From Mobula hypostoma (Eukaryota), in NCBI RefSeq assembly GCF_963921235.1, contig NC_086097.1:191396001-191460000 (forward strand): a stretch of DNA of 64,000 nt, given 5' to 3'. The notes under the pieces are model-generated. The model did no database searches. It was given only the letters and a program-made list of their open reading frames with translations, and was not told the origin of the DNA. Position 1 is the stretch's first letter. Each line of letters starts with the position of its first letter. Both the position numbers and the translations under genes were made by a program. Positions 22,911 through 36,631 of the stretch are shown here, piece after piece.

Positions 22911-25900
22911 ACAGGCAAGGAGGGTAGCAACAGCAATAAATCTCAAAGTGTGAGCAATTCTCCACAAGCAGCAGTGCCCATCAAATCATCTACTTGCACC
23001 ATGATGAAAGAAAAATAAAAATAAAAAAATTGTAAATAAAAATAGAAATTGCCAGGACTATTCTGCAAGACAGGCATCACTGGCGGCAAGAAAAATCAAA
23101 GGTAAATTGTCAGATTGAAAAAAAATTGGGAAAAGTTTGTAGTAAGACATTAATTTACAGAGAAGAGCAAGGGGTAAAGAGATCAAAGAAAGTATCTATG
23201 ATTGGATGGAGACCAAGAGAAACTGAGGAATTAAGGTGCTGGGAGTTCAAGCTGAAAGAGGAAGAGACAGGCTTGTCAATTGCAGATGAGCAGCCTGAAA
23301 GACAGCATCTCACTCACTTCTCTCTGTTCCAAGAATTTTGAAACTCATGAACTTTATTCTTTAATATTACATTTAATGGGGCATGTTCCGCCTGGAACTA
23401 TATAGTCACTTCTCAATTTAGTTGTGCAGCGACTTCAAATTCATCATTAATAAATGTAATTATTAGCATTTAGTCACATCGTGAATGGATAGTCATTCTT
23501 TTCTGAGAGAAAGCAATTCTCAAATTATACGGTCTGTTAGATGTTTCCATTGGCACTGCTTCTACAACGTTTGTATTTATTTGCTAATAATAGGAAAGGG
23601 AAGATATTATGATTCTATATTTTCAAAAACAATTACTGCTGTATAAATTATGGACAGCATGGATGCTACAGGAAGCATATATATATATATATGATGCAGC
23701 AAAGACAAGCTGAAACTCATTTCATTATACTAAGTGAATCCTTCACAAGGTTTAACCATAATTGTATTTCAACATGATTAAATTCATCGCACAGAAGAGT
23801 TGCAACATGAAATATAATTTCAGTAGAACAAGTTACAGCTGCTAAATTGTTTTCATTTTAAAAGCTCTAATTTCCTTTCCATGACATGACAGATTTTTAC
23901 CAATATCCTTGATGTAATGCTAATTCTTTAAAGGTACTGAAACATAATCACTAGATAACATAACAAATTAACAACAAATATATGTTTATGGTAGTATCAG
24001 CAGATTTGGTAATCCCAATGTTGTTGCTTTTCTAAGTTGAAGAAAAAACAGGTTTTTAAAAAAATATGTTGTTTGTCACTAACAGGTTTGTTCAAAAGTT
24101 CAGGAGAAAGTGACGTCCCTATTTTTCTTATCCTAGCAATTTTATACATTGCACTGAAATGCACACAATATTAACAAACTGTGCTGCATGGCAAGACTCA
24201 TTTCATCCATTTGCCTATGGCTGTGTAATCTCCAAAACAAAATCAACACAATGAAGAATTCTTGGTGCTTCAGGGTTGAAACCAATTAAACTCATTATTA
24301 GGCAACATATAACTTGCTGTAAGTAATGTGTTCCTCTCATAATATTGAAAAACTATGGTCTGAATCTGCAGGGCTCCTGCCCAACATCATTTGACAGCAG
24401 TGCCCCAAGTAATTACCACCTCATTGCCACAATCGACGTGTTGCGGGTGGCTTACAAAACCTCTAAATACACCGCTACTGAAATACTCTGCAATTTTGCT
24501 TTAAGCAATGTAGTTTTGAACTGTCATAACGAATAGCAATTTCTGAAGGACTTGGCGGACTTAGCTCTCAAGCTTGCAGGTAAGCCTCTTTAAGCAGACA
24601 AAGGTGCATTACCAATAGAGGGAGGGGGGGAAGGCTCCAAGCCAGACTGAAATGTCAGGAAATGCAAGTTCCTCTACCCAGCAACTTGTTACCAATTGTA
24701 CAGTCACTAGAGAACATGATTGAGGACCTAAGAGCAAGACCGCTGCATCGGAAGGAAATTCTGTGTTTCATAGAGACATGGCTCACTCTGGACATGCTGG
24801 ATACGACGGTAAGACCCCAAGGCTTCTCAATCCACAGGATAGACTAAACTGCCAATTCAGAGAAAACAAAAGGTGGGGGTCTGCGTTTCATGATAAACAC
24901 CCTGAGATGATCAAATGCATGGTCTTGGTCTTGTTGCACTTTTGTTCTCCAGACCTAGAACATCTAATGGTTAAGTGCTGACCTTTCTACTTGCCAAGAG
25001 AATTTTTCTCCATGATCCTAACCATAGTTTACATTTCTACCAATAGTCAACATTAACCAGCCATTTGAGATATTGCATGCTGCCATCACCAAACAAGAAA
25101 CTGCTCACCCTGACACATTTCAAGTCATAGTCAGGGACTTCAATCAGATTTGCTTGAAGAGATCTCTGCCCAGTTATCATTAGCATATAACTTGCAGCAC
25201 CAGGGGTCTCGATATGCATGGATACTACTATACTATATAGGGAGTGCCCACCATTCCATGCCTAGATCACATTTTGGGAAGTCTGATCACTTTGCTGTTC
25301 TCTTCCTACCTGCATATAGGGAGAGGCTAAAGCGAAAGGCTCCAGAGATAAGGACAACAAAGAGGTGGTCATGGGAGGCAAAGGGACGACTATTGGATTG
25401 CTTCGGGTGGTGGACTGGGCCGTGTTCAACGACTCATCAGAGGATCTGAATAAGTACAGCACAGTTGTCACAGACTTTCTTTAAATACTCATAGAAAACT
25501 GTGTCCCCACAAAATTATTCACAGCCTTCCCCAGGCAAAATCTCTGGATGAGCCATGAGATCCACAATCTGCTGAGGGCCAGATTAATGCCATTCAGGTC
25601 TGGTGATCAAGTAAGATACAAGAGATCCAGGTACAATCTCCAGAAAGCCATCTCAGGAGAGTAGTGGCAATTCCAAACAAAATCTGAATCACTGAAGGAT
25701 ACTCAACAATTGTGCCAGGGCTTGAATACAACTACCTCTTAAAAAGTGAGACCAAACGATGTTGGCTTTGCTCCCAGATGAGCTCAATGACTCCTACGCT
25801 CACCTTACCAGCAAAACATGAAGGAACCTTCATGACTTCCCACAGCTCCCATTGACCTTGCGATTTCAGTCCCTGAGCCCGACGTGAGAGCATCCTTCAG

Positions 25901-26965
25901 GAAGGCGAGCCCATGGAAAGGAACCAGCCCAAATGGGTACTAGCCAAGTACTAGAGTCCTGTACTGATTGTTCACTGATATCTTTAACCTCTCACTTCGG
26001 CTGTCCAAGTTACCCAACTGCTTCAAGCAGGCTTCAATTATACCAGTGCATATGGTGACCTGCCTCAATGACTGTAGTCCGGTCGCTCTTACGTCACAGT
26101 GATGAAGTGCTTTGAGAGATTGATGATGAAACATATCAACTCCTGCCTGACAAGTCACTTGGTTCCACTCCAATTTGCCTACTGTCACAGCAGGTCCAGC
26201 AGATGCCATTTCATTAGCTCTTTACTCAACCCTGGAACATCTGGACAGCACAGATGCATTCATCAGGATGCTATTTATTGACTACTGCTCAGCATTCAAT
26301 ATTATTATCCCCTTAAAACTAATCAATAAACTTCATGACACTAGCCTCAGTGCATACTTGTGCAATTGGATCCTTGATTTCCTCACTTGCAGAACCCAAT
26401 CAGTTCAGATTGGCAACAACATTTCCTCCACAATCTCCATCAACATTGGTGCTCCAGAAGCTTAACCCCCTGTTTACTCACTTTACACTTTTGACTGTCA
26501 GATGATGCACAGCTCCAATGGTATATATAAAGTTTGTTGAAGACACCACGGGGTCGTTGGCAGAATCAAAGGTAGTGGTGAATCAGCATATAAGAGGGAG
26601 ACTGGAAATCTGGCTGCGTAGTCCCACAACAACCATCTCTCACTCAATGGCAGGAAGACCAAAGAGCTGATTATTGACCATATGGAGGAAACCAGAGGTC
26701 AATGAGGGATATCACAGATGGAGAGGGTCAGCAAATTAAATTCCTCAGTATTATCATTTCAACAGATCTGTCCTGGGACCAGCACATAATTGCCATTGCA
26801 AAGAAAGCATGATAGCACATCTACTTCCTTAGATGGTTGCGAAGATTCAGCATGACGTTTAAAGCTTTGACAGATTTCTATAGATGTGTGATGGAGAGCA
26901 CATTGACTGGTTGCATCACAGCCTGATATGGAAACACCAGTGTTCTTGACTGGAAAATCCTACAA

Positions 26966-27336
26966 AACATCCTAAAGGGATTGGACAGGCTAGATGCGGG
27001 AAGATTGTTCCCGATGTTGGGGAGGTCTAGAACGAGGGGTCACAGTTTGAGGATAGAGGGGAAGCCTTTTAGGACCGAGGTTAGGAAAAACTTCTTCACA
27101 CAGAGAGTGGTGAATCTGTGGAATTCTCTGCCACAGCAAACTGTTGAGGCCAGTTCATTAGCTATGTTTAAAAGGAAGTTAGATATGGCCCTTGTGGCTA
27201 CAGGGGTCAGGGGGTATGGAGGGAAGGCTGGGTTCTGAGTTGGATGATCAGCCATGATCATAATAAATGGCGGTGCAGGCTCGAAGGGCCGAATGGCCTA
27301 CTCCTGCACCTATTTTCTATGTTTCTATGTTTCTAT
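26966..27336 (+). mobile_element. Young CR1 3' fragment
   Basis: TRGHSLRI...FFTQRVVNLWNSLP; (ttctatgt)n tail. Confidence 0.9.
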
Positions 27337-27524
27337 AATAGCCCAGTCTATTAGAGGTCAAGCCCTCCCCGTCGTTGAGCACATCTACATGGAGTGCTGT
27401 CACGGGAAGGCAGCATCCATCATCAATGACCCACCCCCCCCTCCCCCATCACCAACTAGACCATTCTTTCTCCTTGCTGCTGTCATCAGGAAGAAGGAAT
27501 GGGGGCCTCAGCAACTACACTAGC

Positions 27525-28335
27525 TCCACGGAGCAGAGTGATGATGGCACTAAACATCAACTCCTTTGCTTGCATCTTCAGAAACAGCTCTATTTCAATC
27601 TTTTATACCTTTATTTTTCCCTTTCAGGGTTCTTTTGAAGACCCTGACCTGGAGTTACACGCTGTCTACAGTTCTTTGTGGGCATGGGATCTGCTGTCGC
27701 GGTTTCATAACCAGCCATTGTTGTTCGGCATGCCAAGGGCTTGGCCTAAGAGTCTGGCTCAGTTTTGGAGGCCTAGGATCTCGGGGCTCTGGAGACAGGC
27801 ACATCGAAGGTCAATGTCGTGGCAGGAGACCCATGTGTCATCGGGGGAATCAGAATATCTATGGCTGTGTGCCCAGATCTTTGGGCACAGAGCTAAAAAA
27901 AAGAGACGTAACAGACTTCTAACAACGTAACCAGCGAGTTGTTTGTTATGTCTCCCCGCTCGCTGTGAAAACAGAGACATAGCTTTCTCTCTTATTAGGG
28001 AGAGAGAGAGAGCCTGTGGTAGGTCAAAAACCAGGTGAAACGTGAAGTCTTTGGGGTAACTGCAAGTCTGTGATGTTGCTTTGCACATGCTGGAGTGATC
28101 GGTGGCGGGGTTGGTGCTTTTTTTTGCCAGTGGGGAGTCGGGGGGGGGGGATTGTTGCTCGCTGCTGCTTTTGCGCAGGAGGAAAGGGAGGTGGGGGGTA
28201 CTTTGGGGTTCCAACATTTAACTGTCATTCATTCTTTGGGGCACTCCTCTATTTTCATGGATGGTTGTGAAGAAAAAGCATTTCAGGATGTATATTGTAT
28301 AGATTTCTCTGACATGAAATGTAACTTTGAAACCT
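27525..28335 (+). mobile_element. Non-coding insertion, probable Rex-mobilised non-autonomous element
   Basis: Interrupts the Rex C-terminal coding remnant; starts near gatggcactaaac, ends gtaactttgaaacctttaaaac; no credible ORF. Confidence 0.5.
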
Positions 28336-28868
28336 TTAAAACAATACCAGGTTTAAGAACAGTTATTACCCCTTAACGATCAGACTCTTAAACCAGTGGA
28401 ATAAGTTCACTCAACTTCACTTGTCCCATCACTGAACTGTTCCCACAACCTTTGGACTCACTTATTTGCAATTTGTTGTCTTCTGCACATTGGTGATTGT
28501 ACATCTTGTTGGGTGCAGTTTCATTGATTTTATTGTGTTTCTTGGATTTACTGTGTATGCCCGCAAGAAAACAAATCTCAGGGTTATATATAGTGACATA
28601 TATCGTATGTAATTTGATAATAAAATTAAATTGAACTTTGAACAATCATAGTTGCTATCATCATTTTGATATTTTCCCAATAAATCCAGCGGCTGGTTAA
28701 ATATTTAGATCAGGATGCTCTCCGACCATAAGACATAGGAACAGAATTAGGCCATTCAACCCATTGAGTCTGCTCCACCATTCCATCATGGTTGATTTAT
28801 TGTCCATCTCAACCCACTTCTCCCGCCTTTTCCCTGTAATCTTTGGTACCCTGACTAATCAAGAACCT

Positions 28869-30195
28869 CAAACACGAGGAAATCTGCAGATGCTGGAATT
28901 TCAAGCAATACACATCAAAGTTGCTGGTGAACGCAGTAGGCCAGGCAGCATCTCTAGGAAGAGGTACAGTCGACGTTTTGGGCCGAGACCTTTTGTCAGG
29001 ACTAACTGAAAGAAGAGCTAGTAAAAGATTAGAAAGTGGGAGGGAGAGGGGAAGATCTGAAATGATAGGAGAAGACAGGAGGGGGAGGGATGGAGCTAAG
29101 AGCTGGACAGTTGATTGGCAAAAGGGATATGAGAGGATCATGGGACAGGAGGCCTAGGGAGAAAGAAAAGGGGGAGGGGGGGAGAAACCCAGAGGATGGG
29201 CAAGAAGTATAGTGAGAGGGACAGAGGGAGAAAAAGGAGAGAGAGCAAAAGAATGTGTGTGTATATAAATAAATAACGGATGGGGTACGAGGGGGAGATG
29301 GGGCATTAGCAGAAGTTTGAGAAGTCAATGTCCATGCCATCAGGTTGGAGGCTACCCAAACGGAATATATGGTGTTGTTCCTCCAACCTGAGTGTGGCTT
29401 CATCTTTACAGTAGAGGAGGCCGTGGATTGACATATCAGAATGGGAATGGGACGTGGAATTAAAATGTGTGGTCACTGGAAGATCCTGCTTTCTCTGGCG
29501 GACATAGCATAGGTGTTCAGCGAAATGATCTCCCAGTCTGCGTCGGGTCTCGCCAATATATAGAAGGCCACATCGGTAGCACTGGACGCAGTATGTCACT
29601 CCAGCCGACTCACAGGTGAAGTGTCGCCTCACCTGGAAGGACTGTCTGGGGCCCTGAATGGTGGTAAGGGAGGAAGTGTAAGGGCATGTGTAGCACTTGT
29701 TCCGCTTACAAGGGTAAGTGCCAGGAGGGAGATCGGTGGGGAGGGATGAGCGGGGGACAAATGTACAAGGGAGTCACATAGGGAGCAATCCCTGCGGAAA
29801 GCGGGGGGGGGGTGGGAGGGAAAGATGTGTTTAGCGGTTGGATCCCATTGGAGGTGGCGGAAGTTACGGAGAATTATATGTTGGACCCGGAGGCTGGTGG
29901 GGTGGTAGGTAAGGACAAGGGGAAACCTATTCCTAGTGGGGTGGCGAGAGGACGGAGTGAGAGCAGATGTGCATGAAATGGGGGAGATGCGTTTGAGAGC
30001 AGAGTTGATGGTGGAGGAAGGGAAGTCCCTTTCTTTAAAAAAGGAGGACATCTTCCTCATCCTGGAATGAAAAGCCTCATCTTGGGAGCAGATACGGCGG
30101 AGACGGAGGAAATGCGAGATGGAGATGGCATTTTTGCAAGAGATAGGGTGAGAAGAGGAATAGTCCAGATAGCTGTGAGAGTCAGTATCAATCAA
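28869..30195 (-). mobile_element. 5'-truncated Penelope-like element (RT thumb, GIY-YIG, terminal repeat)
   Basis: TSD taatcaagaacct (28856-28868, 30196-30208); YLDYSSSHP, FLRLRRICS, VTYCVQC..CGLLYIGETRRRLGDHFAEH; decayed hammerhead at ~28967-29003. Confidence 0.93.
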
Positions 30196-31985
30196 TAATC
30201 AAGAACCTATCAACTTTCACTTTACGTATACCTAATGACTTAGCTCCACAGCCAGTCCTGGCAATGAAATTCACAGATTTACCACACTCTGGCTGAAAAA
30301 ATTCCTCCATGTCACTGTTCTAAATGGTAGCCCTCTATTCTGAGGCTGTGCCCTCTGGTCCTAGACTCATCCACAATAATAAACATCCTCTCCACATCCA
30401 CCCTATCAAGGCCTTTAAATATTCCAAATGTTTCAATGAAATCCTCCCAATATTCATCTGAGCTCCAGTGAGTTCAGGGCCAAAGCCATCAGACACTTTT
30501 CATACTTTAAAACTTTCTTTCCCGGAATCATTCTCATGAACCTCCTCTGGCTCCTTTCCAATGTCAACATACTTTTTCTTAAATAAGGGGCTCAAAACTG
30601 TTCACAATACTCCAAGTGTCGTCTGACCAATGCCTTATAAAGCCTTAACATTCAATCCCTGCAGTTGCACTTTGGTCCTTTCGAAATGAATTTTAAGATT
30701 GCATTAGCCTTTCTTACCACCAACTCAACCTGCAAGTTAACCCTTAGGGAATCCAAGTGCCTTTGCACCTCTGATTGTAGAATTCTGACCCACCCCTTTT
30801 AGAAGATTGTCTGGACTTTTATTCCTACAACCAAACAAGCTCTGCTTTGTCTACCCCATCTGTTATTTCAAAGAATTTTAATGGATTTGCAAGATCTTTA
30901 AGGAAACCATGCTGACATTGGTCGTTTTTATCATGTACCTCCAAGTGACCCTGCAACCTCATCCTTAGTAATGGACCCCAACATTTTCTTAACCACTGAA
31001 AAAGGGTAATCTCGCCTATAATATCCTTTCTTCTGCCTCCCTCCCTTTTTGAAGGTTGGAGAGACATTTGCAGTTTTCTTGTCCTCTGGAACTATTCCAG
31101 AATACAGTGATTCTTGAAAGACCACTAGTAATGTCCCCACAACCTCTTCAGCTACTATGGGCTGTGGACTATTTGGTCCAGGTGATTTATCTACCTTCAG
31201 ACCTATCAGCTTCCCAAGCACCTTCTCCCTAATAATAGCAACTACACTCACTTCTGCTCCTGACACTATCAAATTACTGGAATACTGCTATCAAGGTGAA
31301 GGTTGATGGAAAATGCTTACTAATTTGTCTGTTATTTCTTTGTTCCTTATTATTACCTCACCACTATCATTTTCCAACGGTCCGATATCCACTCTCAACT
31401 CCTCTTTATACTTCTGGAAAAGCTTTTAGTACCTCATTTATATTGTTAGCTAGTTCATCTTCATATTTCATCTTTTCTCTCTCTGTAGCCTTTTCAGTTA
31501 CCTTCAAATGGCTTTTAAAAGCTTCCCAGTCTTTTAGCTTCCCACTAATTTTTGCTATATCAAATGCAATCCCTTTGCTTTTATGCTGTCTTTGACTTCC
31601 TTTGTCAGTCAAGGTTGACTCGTCCTCCCTTTGATATATTTCTTTATCTTTGAGATGTACCTATCCATTGCCTTCTGATTTGCCCCCAGAAATGCCAGCC
31701 ATTGCTATTCTACCATTACCCCTACTGGTGTCTCCTTCCAATCAACTTCGGCAGGCTTCTTTCTCGTGCCTCTGTAATTCCCTTCACTCTGACTTTAGCT
31801 TCTGCCTCTCAAACTGCAGAGTGGATTTTAACATATTATGATCACTGCCTCCTAAAGATTCCTTTACTTTATGCTCCCTACTCAAATCTGGTTCATTACA
31901 CAACACCCAATCCAAATTGCTTTTCCCTTCATGGGCTTCACCACAAGCTGCTCTAAAAAACTATCTCGTATGCATTCTTAGATCT

Positions 31986-33160
31986 GTTCCAATTTACCTA
32001 ACAGAGGAACAGGTCCACAACAGATGCCATCTCATTGGCTCTTCAGTTATCTTTGGAACATCTGGACAGCAAAAGTGCATTCAGCAGGTTGATTTTTATT
32101 GACTAAAATCAGCTTTAATACCATCATCCCCTCAAAACTGATCAATAACCTTCAAGAACGTAGCCTCAATACCCACTTCTGCAATTGGATCCTCGATTTT
32201 CTCATTTTGCAGACCCCAGTCAGTACAAATTGGCAACAACATCTCCACAATTTCCATCAACACAGTGCACCACAAGACCATGTGCTTAGCCTCCTGCTCT
32301 GCTCGCTTTACACTTATAACTATGAGGCTAACCACAGCTCTAATGCAATATCCAAATTTGCTAGCGACACCATAGTCATAGGCTGAACTGTAGGTGGTGA
32401 TGAATCAGCATATACAGTAAGAGGGAGATTGAAAATCTGGCTGAGTGGTGCCATAACAACAACCAAGGAGATGATTATTGATTTCAGGAGAAGGAAACCA
32501 GAGGTCCATCAGCCAGTCCACATTGTAGCACCAGAGGTGGAGACTGTCAGGAACTTTAAATTCCTCAGTATTATTAGTTCAGAAGACCTGTCTTGGGCCC
32601 AGCATTAAAGTACAGTTACAAAGAGAGCATGACAGTGTTTCTACTTCCTTAAGTGATTCGAAGATTCAGCATGACATCTAAAACTTTGGTAAATCTCTAT
32701 AGATGTGTAGTGGAGAGTACATTGACAGGCTGCATCACAGTCTGTTATGGAAACACCATTGCTGTTGAATGGAAACTCCTACCAAAGGTAATGGAAACAG
32801 CCTGGTCCATCACCAGCACAGTCCTCTCCAGCATTGAGCATTTCCACATAAAACGCTGTCACAGGAAAGGAGCATCCATCATCAGGAACCCCTACCACTT
32901 AGGACATGTTCTTTTATTGCTGCTGCCATCAGGAAGAAGGTATCAGGACTCATACCACCAGTTTCAGGAACAGTTATTACCCCTCAGCCATCAGACTCTT
33001 GAACCAAATGGGATAACTTCACTCAATTTCACATGTCTGTTATGGTTATTATTCTATTATGGATTTATTGAGTATGCCCACAGATAAAGAAACTGAATTT
33101 CACTGATATATATCGTGATATGTAAGAATTTTGATAATACATTTGCTTTGAATTAGAACT
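31986..33160 (+). mobile_element. Rex-like LINE RT-to-3' fragment
   Basis: FNTIIPSKLI, CNWILDFL, YRCVVESTLTGCIT, LPSGRRY; Rex-like tail. Confidence 0.87.
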
Positions 33161-34186
33161 TGTTCAGATTCCCTCTCTTGGGATCCACCACCAGCCTGAT
33201 TTTCCCCACTATGACTTTTCTATTTTGCATTGTAATTTGTGTCCCATCCGGGCTATTATTTGAAGGCCTGTATCAGGGTGTTTTGGCCCTTGCATTTTCT
33301 TAAGTCTACCCATAAAGTTTCTCCACCTTCTGATCCTAAGTTACATCTTTCTAAAGATTTGATTTAATTTTTTACCAACTGAGCCACACCAACCCTTTTG
33401 TCTACCTGCCTGTCTTTTCAATACAATTTGTATCCTTGGATGTTAAACTCCCAGCTATGATCTTATTTCAACCGTGACGAAGTGATGCCCACAACATCAT
33501 GTCTGCTAATTGCACGACATGATCATCTACCTTATTCAGTATACTGTGTGGATTCAAATTTAGCACCTACAGTTCTGTATTCATCACCCTTTTTGAATTT
33601 GCTGCCATGTTACACTTCAACTCATCCCACTGACTGCAATTTTGCCCTATCATCTCCCTGTCCTTCCTCAAAGTCTCACTACACATTGCATCTTCTTGTA
33701 TACCAAATGCCCTATCCTCAGCCCTATTACTCCTGTTCCCACCCCACTCTCAAATTAGTTTAAGCTCTCCTCAACAGCTCTAGCAAACTTGTCTGCAAGG
33801 ATATTGGTCCTCCTCGGGTTCAGGTGTACCCCATCATTTTGTACAGGTCATGTATTCCCCAGAACAGATCCCAATGATCCAGAAATTTGAAACACTTACC
33901 CCTGCAGCAATTCCTCAGCCACGTATTCATCTGCCAAATCATGATATCCTTACCATTACTGGTATAATCCAGAGGCAGTAATCCAGAGGTTCTACCTCTG
34001 AGGTTCTGCTTTTTCCTTTCTACCTAACTCCCTTTACTCTCTCTTCAATATCTCTTCCCTTTTCCTACCTATGTCATTGGTACCAATATCTACCACAACT
34101 TCTGTTTGCTCACCCTCCCCCTTTAGAATGTTGTGGACCCAATCCGAGACATCCCTTGCCCAGGAACCTGGGAGGCAACATATCCA

Positions 34187-34289
34187 AACAACACACACAC
34201 AAAATGCTGAGGTAACTCAGCAGGCCAGGCAGCATCAATAGAAAAGAGTAAACAGTCTATGTTTAAGACCGAGACCTTTCATCAGGACC
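34187..34289 (-). mobile_element. Penelope-like terminal repeat fragment
   Basis: Flanking atcca repeat; minus gtc-CTGATGA-aaggtctcggtct-taaac (mutated hammerhead). Confidence 0.75.
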
Positions 34290-34786
34290 ATCCAGGTGAC
34301 TCTTTCCTGTCCACAGATCTACTGTCAGCCTTTCTGACTATGGAAACCCCTATCACTACTCCTCTTCTCTTCTCCCACCTTCCCTTCTGAGCCACAGAGC
34401 CGGACTCAGTTGCAGAGACCCAGTCTCTGAGGCTTACCCCTGGTAGATCATCCCTGCCCCCAAAAGTATCCAAAACAATATACTTATTATTGAGGAGAAT
34501 GGCCTCAGGAGTTCTCTGCACTGGTTCCCTTTTCCCCTTCCCTCTCCTGACAATCACTCACTTGCAACTTCGGGGTGACTACCCCTCTGTTTATCACTTC
34601 CTCATTCTGTCATACAAGCCAAATGTCATCCAGCTGCAGCTCCAGTTCCCTAACACAGTCTCTAAGGAATTGCAGCTCGATGCACTTCATGCAGATGCAG
34701 TTATTAAGGAGAATGGAAAACTCCCAGAGTTCTCACATCACAAACAAAGAATGTACCACCAACCCTGGATCCATTCTCACCACACT

Positions 34787-35096
34787 AAAGGCATCCGTTA
34801 GTCTTGCGAGACCATGGATCTGCACCTGGAAAGTCTTCACTCTCCAGGGCGCAGGCCTGGGCAAGGTTGTATGGAAAACTAGCAGTTGCCCATGCTGCAA
34901 GTCTCCCCTCCCCACGACACCAATGTTGTCCAAGGGAAGGGAATTAGGACCCATACAGCTTGGCACCAGTGTTGTCGCAGAGCAAGGTGTGATTAAGTGC
35001 CTTGCTCAAGGACACAACACGTTCCCTCGGCTGGGGCTTGAACTCACGACCTTCAGGTAGCTAGTCCAATGTCTCAACCACTTGGTCACGTGCCCA
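34787..35096 (-). mobile_element. tRNA-derived SINE, complete (310 bp)
   Basis: Minus A box TGACCAAGTGG, B box GAGTTCAAGCC, central gtgtccttgagcaaggcacttaa; TSD caccacact (34778-34786, 35097-35105). Confidence 0.85.
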
Positions 35097-35119
35097 CACC
35101 ACACTGGCTATGTACTAAT

Positions 35120-35483
35120 AGTGTATCAGATGATGAGAGGCATTGATTGTGTGGATAGTCAGAGGCTTTTTCCCAGGGCAGAAATGGCTAGTACGAGAGG
35201 GCACAGTTTAAGGTATTGGGGAGTAGGTACAGAGGAGATGTTAGGGCTAAGTTTTTTTACGCGGAGAGTGGTGAGTGTGAGGAATGGGCTGCCAGCGACA
35301 GTGGTGGAGGCAGATACGATAGGGTCTTTTAAGTGACTCCTGGACAGGTACATGGAGCTCAGAAAAATAGAGGACTATGGGTAACCCTAGGTAATTTCTC
35401 AGGTAAGGACATGTTCGGCACAGCTTTGTGGGCCGAAGGGCCTGTATTGTGCCGTAGGTTTTCTAAGCTACTATGTTTCTATG
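35120..35483 (+). mobile_element. CR1 3' fragment, same family as 13430-13720
   Basis: VDSQRLFPR...TRGHS...RVVSVRNGLP; near-identical 3' UTR. Confidence 0.87.
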
Positions 35484-36248
35484 AAAGAGAAAAATATCCT
35501 ACTGGAATCCTACTTAGAGCCTCCACAGGTTCTTGCCCAAGCCTGTTAAGCCAAACGCTGACAACTCTAACACTATCCTATCTGATCAATAGGGTCATGA
35601 TAGAATTTTTGGGTGCAAATTATTCAGAATACTAAACCCCCATCCAGCCCAGAGAAAGTGAATAACAAAAGTGTTGTAGCGATTGTGATGTAAGATGTAT
35701 TCTCACCCTTGCCGCCTTAGCTAGAAACTCATTAATTGTTCTGCCAGAATGTTGCATAGACCAGCACTAACCGTGAAGCTGAACTGATGCATGGCTTTGC
35801 AGAATTCACTATCAAGAGTAATTATAAACACAAGAGATTCTGCAGATGCTGGAATAAGAGTAATTAGCACCAATTAAACTAGACTCCATTACCTAAAATT
35901 GGCTAGTCTTTCAAAATCGGGATGCACTGTGGATGCAGCAAAAAAATGTTGGGAGATCTGCAGTTCATTCTGGTATGACTGATGTTGAAGGACAGCATTG
36001 TGCCAGAGAATTTTTTTTTCCTTAGACACTGCACTGGAAGTCAAGGTCCTGGAGGAGGAGCCTCCAGACAGCTTCCCCGCCCCCCAAAATATGAGAGCTT
36101 TAGTGGCTAATGCCAGATTTTAGACCTGAGGTATAGATATAGAGCAGCAAAAGAAATGGAATGATCTTGCAAGCTTGGACAAAGTCAGCAACTACACTTT
36201 CAAATGTTGGAACAACATGAGACTGAGTTACTGCTGTTTGCAATGCAA

Positions 36249-36390
36249 CCCCCCCCACACCCCCCACCCCCCCACACCCCCCACCCCCACCACCCCCCCA
36301 CCCCCCACCCCCCACCCCCACCACCCCCCCCCCACCCACCCCCACCCCCACCCCCCCCCCCACCCCCACCCCCACCCCCCCCCCACCCCC
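36249..36390. repeat. C-rich low-complexity tract (C4-11 runs separated by A)
   Basis: About 140 nt of only C and A. Confidence 0.95.
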
Positions 36391-36631
36391 AACGCACACT
36401 CTGCCAACCACCTGCATCAGTTAGGACTCAGACATAACATCCTCATGGATTTCTCATAATCATCTGGCTATTCACCCTTATTGGAAGACACTGATTAACC
36501 CACCTTATTTTGCAGCTGCCTTTGATTGTACACCACCAGGTCATGGTAACGTTTACACAAGGCAACTGCAGCTAACCAATAGGAGTTGGTTCAGCTGCAT
36601 CATTTTATTTCATGGAAAAGACAGCCCTCCC

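Larger units (their letters stand above)
24420..28643 (+). mobile_element. Near full-length degenerate Rex1/Babar-like LINE (EN + RT)
   Basis: VQSLENM, LCFIETWL, FGKSDH, MKCFERL, PLQFAY, LFIDYCSAFN, CNWILDFL; 3' UTR ending gaactttgaac; two internal insertions. Confidence 0.88.
28724..35580 (-). mobile_element. Degenerate CR1 LINE with both ends, interrupted by Penelope, Rex, SINE and CR1 inserts
   Basis: Tail at 28724; KVDKSPGP, ANVSPTFKKG; ORF1 VVIGVSIV; 5' UTR-like end ~35580. Confidence 0.8.

Noticed and set aside
35025..35096. tRNA gene
   Set aside because: SINE head within a TSD-flanked element; no full cloverleaf
36100..36459. Gly-rich and Pro/His-rich ORFs
   Set aside because: Translation artefacts of the C-rich tract
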